Of a stretch of 64,000 nt of DNA, positions 59,379 to 64,000 are shown in pieces. The translations under genes and the position numbers were made by a program. The notes below the pieces were generated by a model. That model ran no database searches. It was not told where the DNA came from and saw only the letters and a program-made list of their open reading frames with translations. The stretch is from the NCBI GenBank assembly GCA_046351535.1, contig JAXLYG010000005.1, forward strand, positions 229,334 through 293,333, in the 5' to 3' direction. Position 1 is the first letter of the stretch; each line of letters begins with the position of its first letter. This DNA is from Polyangiales bacterium (GTDB lineage: Bacteria; Myxococcota_A; Polyangia; Polyangiales; Ga0077539).

Positions 59379-59879
59379 ATGAAGCGTTCGCTGAAGCGTC
59401 TGGCCGCCGGTTTCACCCTCGTCGAGCTGATGATCGTCGTGGTCATCCTGGGCATCCTCGCGGCGGTCGCCATTCCCGCCTTCACCCGCTACGTGAAGCG
59501 TTCGAAGACCGCGGAAGCCACGGGCAACATCACCAAGATCTACCAGGGACAGCTCACGTACTTTCAGGCCGCCCTCGAGCGCGGGACGCAGACCTACGTG
59601 AACTCCACCGCGATGCCGACGGCCCTCCCCGGCGCCGCGAAGTACCCCGCGAACGTCTCTCAGTGGGCCGCCGACGTGAACTGGACCGCCATCGGCTTCT
59701 CGCTCGATGCCGCGCACTACTACCAGTACATCTCGCCCGGCGGCACGTCGGCCTTCACCGCCCGCGCGGTGGGCAACCTCGACGGAGACGCCACCTACTC
59801 GACCTTTCAGCGCACCGGCGTGATCACCTCGGGCGAGCTCCAGGGCTCGAACCTCGCGATCACCAACGAGCTCGACTGA
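59379..59879 (+). CDS. type IV pilin / pseudopilin (prepilin N-terminal cleavage-methylation domain)
   Basis: [11 protein letters not shown]|[22 protein letters not shown] is the canonical prepilin leader, with the G/F cleavage site and Glu+5. Confidence 0.8.
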   Translation: MKRSLKRLAAGFTLVELMIVVVILGILAAVAIPAFTRYVKRSKTAEATGNITKIYQGQLTYFQAALERGTQTYVNSTAMPTALPGAAKYPANVSQWAADVNWTAIGFSLDAAHYYQYISPGGTSAFTARAVGNLDGDATYSTFQRTGVITSGELQGSNLAITNELD

Positions 59880-60012
59880 CGCGCGGCGGCGCTCCGCCGT
59901 CGCGGCGCGTCATCGGACATCGGGGCTTTTCACTTCAGACAACGCAACCATGCAACCCCGCCGGGTCGCTCTCTTCAACGGAGCGCGACCCCGCTGCGGG
60001 CTGCGAGTCTCT

Positions 60013-60834
60013 TTACAGATCGACGAGCTCGACCTCGGGCACCGGGTGACCGAGGAAGCGCGCCGCCACGTCGGCGAAGCTCTGGGGCCTGTCGGTGACC
60101 ATGAGCTCCAGCGTCCCCCCGCGGTCGTCGGCGAGGGAGGTGCGGCCCATGTTGCGCGAGGCGATGAGGGTGGCGAGCTCCAGGGCCGTCGCCTCGGCGC
60201 TGTCGACGACGCGGGCGTGGGGGCCGAGCACCGCGCGAGAGACGTTCTCGATGGTGTCGCGGAGCACGGGGTAGTGCGTGCATCCGAGCACGACGGTGTC
60301 GACGTCGAGGGGCGCGAGCGGCGTGAGGTAGCGCTCCACCGCGAGGCGGGGCACCTCTCCGTCGAGCCATCCCTCTTCGACCAGCGGGACGAGCAGCGGG
60401 GCCGCGCGGCAGTGGACCTCGGCGCGGGTGCTCACGGCGGCGACGGCGCGCGGATAGGCACCCGACGCGACCATGCCGTGCGTGCCGATGACGCCGATGC
60501 GGTGCGTCGAGGTGGCGGCCACGGCGGCGCGCGCGCCGGGCTCGATCACCCCGAGCACCGGGATGTCGAGCTCGACGCGGAGCATGTCGAGCGCCACGGC
60601 GCTCACGGTGTTGCAGGCCACGAGCAGGAGCTTGATGCCCCGCGCCACGAGGAGGTCGGCGCAGGCGCGGGAGTACCGCAGGATCGTCCGCGCGGAGCGG
60701 GCGCCGTAGGGCACGCGCGCGGTGTCTCCGAGGTAGAGGACGTTCTCGGCGGGGAGGAGCCGTCGGACCTGGCGCACGACGGTGAGCCCTCCGAGGCCCG
60801 AGTCGAACACGCCGATGGGGAGCGCGGTGCTCAT
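60013..60834 (-). CDS. murI: glutamate racemase
   Basis: IGVFDSGLGGLTV and the two catalytic Cys regions (VLGCTHYP). Confidence 0.9.
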   Translation of the reverse strand: MSTALPIGVFDSGLGGLTVVRQVRRLLPAENVLYLGDTARVPYGARSARTILRYSRACADLLVARGIKLLLVACNTVSAVALDMLRVELDIPVLGVIEPGARAAVAATSTHRIGVIGTHGMVASGAYPRAVAAVSTRAEVHCRAAPLLVPLVEEGWLDGEVPRLAVERYLTPLAPLDVDTVVLGCTHYPVLRDTIENVSRAVLGPHARVVDSAEATALELATLIASRNMGRTSLADDRGGTLELMVTDRPQSFADVAARFLGHPVPEVELVDL

Positions 60835-60865
60835 CGTGGCGGGCGTGCGAGGGGCGGCCGTCGCG

Positions 60866-61135
60866 TCACTCGACCTCGACGAGGGGGTCTCCCTCGGCCA
60901 CGGCCTGCGACTCGGTCACGAAGATCTTCGAGACGGTGCCCGCGACCTCGGACTCGACGGGCATCTCCATCTTCATCGACTCGAGGATCGAGACGACGGT
61001 GCCCTCCTCGATCCGCTCGCCGACCTTGACTTCGATCTTCCAGACGGTGCCGGTGATGTGCGCTGCGATGGTGGTTGCCACGGGTGTTGCTTCTCTCGCG
61101 GTTGAGGGGTGTCGGGGGCGCCGGAAGCTACGCAA
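60866..61135 (-). CDS. stand-alone biotinyl/lipoyl-domain protein (biotin carboxyl carrier-like)
   Basis: E-S-M-K-M-E biotinylation motif (VVSILESMKMEMPVESE) in a hybrid-barrel-sized ORF of about 70-89 aa. No carboxylase subunit is adjacent. Confidence 0.6.
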   Translation of the reverse strand: MRSFRRPRHPSTAREATPVATTIAAHITGTVWKIEVKVGERIEEGTVVSILESMKMEMPVESEVAGTVSKIFVTESQAVAEGDPLVEVE

Positions 61136-61162
61136 TGAAGGGCCCCGCGCGCAAGGTCCCGT

Positions 61163-63349
61163 CTAGATCGACGGGGTGAAGCGGAAGCGCGAGCTGGCGG
61201 GCATCACGCACGAGTACGTGGTGGTGCCCGCGGGGCAGGCGCCCAAGCCCGCCGAGCCGGCCTGGTTCTCGATGCCCGCGACGGCCGCGGTGGCGTTGGT
61301 CATCGTCGAGTAGAGCAGGTCGATCGAGAGGTCGCTCTCGTTGAACACCGCTTCGAAGCTCATCTGCGAGGCGGGCGTCGACGAGTAGTTCCGCACGTTG
61401 CTCCACTGGACGACGAAGTGGCGGTTGGGCGTGACGCCCGTCGTCGCGATGCAGATGCCGTCGGTCTGGGTCACGAGGTCGCGCCACTGGAGCGCCACCA
61501 CGCCGTTGGGCGAGAAGGTCGACGGGAGCGAGCCCGAGAGGTTCGACGACGCGCCCGTGCCGAAGAAGAGGTAGCCGTTGGTGTCGACGGTGATCGGCGA
61601 GCCCATCGGCACGCTCACGCCCCAGTACCTGAAATCAAAGGGCATGGTGGTGACCGAGACGGCGTCGTCGGTGCTCGTGAGCACCGTGCGGTGACCCGCC
61701 GCCGTGCACGCGTCGAGGAACACCGCGTCGATGGGCGGCGTGGTCCGGGTGTATCGCATGGGCACCGCGGCGCAGGCGCCCGCGCGGCACGCCTGGCCCG
61801 TGGGGCACACCGTGTTGCACGCGCCGCAGTTCGCAGTGTCGGTCTGGAGAAAGCGGCACACGCCGCCGCACGAGGTCGCGTCGGGCGGGCACTCGGGGCC
61901 CGCGACGGAGCTCGACGCGTCGCAGTACCCGATGGTCTCCATCGAGGTCGGAGAGCCCGCGAGCTGAGAGCCCCGCGAGTGGTGGAAGTACCAGCGCTGC
62001 GGACCCGGCGCGAGCGTGAAGTTGCACATGTTCCCGAGGTTCGAGAACTGCGACACGGGGGTCACCGGACCCGACGGCAGCGGGCGCCGCGCGATGGTCA
62101 TCGCGTCGGCCACGTAGACCACGTAGGCGATCCCCGCGGAGCGCTCGGCCACGCCCCAGAACGCCCACCCCGTGCACGCACCGCGCGGCGGCAGCGTCGA
62201 GGCCCCGAGGTCGAGCACCGCGCCCGACGGAAGGTCGATGTTGTAGGCCCGTCCCGCCGCGAGGACGATGAGCCGGTCCCACCCCGAGAAGAAGCCCACC
62301 GCGCTCGCCGCCGCGCCGCCCGTGATCGCGATCGACGACGAGAGCATCACCGAGCGCGTCGTGAGCGCGCCCGTCGTCCCGTCGATCTCGCGCAGCGCGA
62401 CGGCCGTCCCGCCGGGCGGCGCGAGCGGAACGCCCATCGCGTCGACGAAGGTGTAGACCACGCCCGTGCGCAGGTTGCTCACGATGGCATCGTAGCGCGC
62501 GCTCACGGCCACGCCTTCGAGCGAGGCGACGTTGAAGCGCCCCGTCGCCGTCTGGCCCGTGTAGAAGATCTGCGAGTTGCCGAGCGCGATGCCGCCGCGG
62601 TCGGCGCCCGTCACCGACGCGTGCTCCGACGAGCGGCAGTTGTTGGTGCCGAGCCACTGCACCCTGAAGTCGGGTCCCGGCGGCGCGCCCGCGGAGCACG
62701 TCCCGCCCGAGCACGTGTTGCCCGCGGGGCAGGGCCTCGCGCACGCGCCGCAGTTCTGCGCGTCGGTGGTGAGCGTCCTGCACGCGCCCGCGCAGTTGGT
62801 CTGCCCCGCGGGGCAGGTGATCATGCAGCTCCCGCCCGAGCACGACTGGCCCGACGGGCACGCGACGCCGCAGCCGCCGCAGTTCATCGGGTCGCTCATC
62901 GTGTCGCGGCACGTCCCCGCGCAGAGCGCCTGCCCCCCGCTGCACGCGCACACGCCCGCCACGCAGCGCTGCCCCGTGGCGCACGCGCGCCCGCACGCGC
63001 CGCAGTTCATCGGGTCGCTCGTCGTGTCGCGACAGCTCCCCGCGCAGTCGGTGAGGCCCGTCGAGCAGCGCGACACGTCCGTCGCCACGTCGGGCGTCAC
63101 GGGCACGTCGGGCGCCACGACGTCGGGCGTCACGGGCACGTCGTCGCCCTGCACGTCGTCGGTGACCATCGTGTCGTCGGCGACCATCGTGTCGTCGGTG
63201 ACCATCGTGTCGTCGGAGACCATCGCGTCGGTGCCGACTACCACGTCGTCCGCGGGCTGCGGGGCGGGGTCGTTGAGCTGCTGCGCGCAGGCGGAGAGCG
63301 AGGCGACGGCGATCAGCGTGAGGGCGCTGCAAGCATTGGGGGTTCTCAT
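61163..63349 (-). CDS. secreted protein with N-terminal acidic DDTMVT repeats, five copies of a roughly 38-aa cysteine-rich repeat, and a large C-terminal beta-rich domain
   Basis: Signal peptide (MRTPNACSALTLIAVASLSACAQQ). Repeat pattern C-x-G-x-C-R-D/T-x3-D-x2-NCG-x-CG-x2-C-x2-G-Q-x-C-x-G-G-x-C occurs four times in tandem plus once near the C-terminus. Confidence 0.65.
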   Translation of the reverse strand: MRTPNACSALTLIAVASLSACAQQLNDPAPQPADDVVVGTDAMVSDDTMVTDDTMVADDTMVTDDVQGDDVPVTPDVVAPDVPVTPDVATDVSRCSTGLTDCAGSCRDTTSDPMNCGACGRACATGQRCVAGVCACSGGQALCAGTCRDTMSDPMNCGGCGVACPSGQSCSGGSCMITCPAGQTNCAGACRTLTTDAQNCGACARPCPAGNTCSGGTCSAGAPPGPDFRVQWLGTNNCRSSEHASVTGADRGGIALGNSQIFYTGQTATGRFNVASLEGVAVSARYDAIVSNLRTGVVYTFVDAMGVPLAPPGGTAVALREIDGTTGALTTRSVMLSSSIAITGGAAASAVGFFSGWDRLIVLAAGRAYNIDLPSGAVLDLGASTLPPRGACTGWAFWGVAERSAGIAYVVYVADAMTIARRPLPSGPVTPVSQFSNLGNMCNFTLAPGPQRWYFHHSRGSQLAGSPTSMETIGYCDASSSVAGPECPPDATSCGGVCRFLQTDTANCGACNTVCPTGQACRAGACAAVPMRYTRTTPPIDAVFLDACTAAGHRTVLTSTDDAVSVTTMPFDFRYWGVSVPMGSPITVDTNGYLFFGTGASSNLSGSLPSTFSPNGVVALQWRDLVTQTDGICIATTGVTPNRHFVVQWSNVRNYSSTPASQMSFEAVFNESDLSIDLLYSTMTNATAAVAGIENQAGSAGLGACPAGTTTYSCVMPASSRFRFTPSI
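63085..63240. repeat. tandem 18-bp repeats (GACCATCGTGTCGTCGGT, 4 copies) and an adjacent roughly 21-bp repeat (CACGTCGGGCGTCACGGGCACG) within the 5' region of the Cys-rich protein gene
   Basis: Read directly. They encode the DDTMVT and PDV(P)VT peptide repeats. Confidence 0.55.
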
Positions 63350-63834
63350 GGAGAGCGACGTGACGCTATCGCGGCCACGCGCGGAGTAAAGCCCATCGCG
63401 GGGCAACGCACCTCCCCCGCCGCGCCGCTGTGCAACGGGGCGCACGCGCTTGACGTGTTCGACCGCGGAGGATATCTCTCGCGCCTCCCGCCATGGTCCC
63501 CCGTGCGCCCACGACCAACGCCATCACGCGCCGCTCGAAGAGCGTCGCGACGGCGGCGTCGTATGTGCGCCCGGTGCTGGAGTTGATCCTCGCACGCTGA
63601 GCGAGCGGGAGCGCGGTTCGAGAGCGTTCGCCTGACGTCCCCGCTGCGGGTCCGCGCGTCGTGCGCCGTCCCGCTCCCGCCGCTCTGCGAATGACTGCAC
63701 CGCGATGACGGCGCACCCATCCCTCCGCGTGGGGGGAGTCGGCGCCGACGTCGCGCGCGGCCCCGCGACGACACCTCAAGGCATCGCATCAACGCGGTCA
63801 CTCCTCGCATCGAGTGGCCGTGACGGAGACCGTC

Positions 63835-64000
63835 ATGACTCGCAACACCACGATCGAACGCGTCCGCAACCTCGGCGTCATGGCCCACATCGACGCGGGC
63901 AAGACCACGCTCTCCGAGCGCGTGCTCTTCTACGCGGGGCGCATCCATCGCATGGGCGACGTGCACGAGGGGACCACCACCCTCGACCACCACCCCATCG
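63835..64000 (+). CDS. elongation factor G family GTPase, N-terminal fragment (continues beyond the window)
   Basis: [40 protein letters not shown] is the EF-G G1 motif and N-terminal context. Confidence 0.8.
   Translation, partial: MTRNTTIERVRNLGVMAHIDAGKTTLSERVLFYAGRIHRMGDVHEGTTTLDHHPI

Noticed and set aside
63350-63834. 480-bp intergenic region upstream of the EF-G-like gene considered for a small RNA, riboswitch or promoter (CTTGACG-N17-GATATC at about 63440)
   Set aside because: No conserved structure is recognisable without covariance models. The promoter-like hexamers are weak. Left unannotated.

Overview
This is a high-GC (about 70%) chromosomal segment with a Myxococcales-like gene repertoire. 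It is dense with core housekeeping genes, and several accessory or regulatory islands sit between them. I found no transposases, integrases, tRNAs, rRNAs or CRISPR arrays by eye, so the window looks like ordinary core chromosome rather than a mobile island. Many long ORFs in the six-frame track are antisense or out-of-frame artefacts of the GC content. Genes below were called only where the translated product shows recognisable family motifs or clear signal-peptide or operon logic. The principal gene blocks are:
- rpmE-DUF1385-prfA with convergent prmC, and an orphan selB next to it.
- A complete isc operon (iscS-iscU-iscA-hscB-hscA-fdx) headed by a MerR-type regulator with a C-terminal Cys motif instead of an Rrf2 IscR.
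- A partial F-type ATP synthase operon (b', b, delta, alpha, gamma).
- lexA, translationally coupled to a downstream membrane protein.
- A sigma-54 enhancer-binding protein with PAS and GAF domains and a degenerate GAFTGA loop.
- An FHA-GGDEF diguanylate cyclase upstream of a 1395-aa zinc-ribbon/Pro-rich-repeat/TPR protein.
- A minus-strand gene string carH-like regulator, dnaB, lipoprotein, MoxR, lipobox membrane protein, ABC ATPase and ABC-2 permease.
- The remaining single recognisable genes are dnaK, gatB, comEC, mepA, corA, murI, an S45 acylase, a carotenoid oxygenase, a squalene/phytoene synthase, an orphan type IV pilin, a Cys-rich repeat secreted protein and the start of an EF-G-like gene.
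The best candidates for an undescribed system are the FHA-GGDEF/ZnR-TPR/small-membrane-protein operon, the lipoprotein/MoxR/membrane-protein/ABC block and the lexA-coupled membrane protein.
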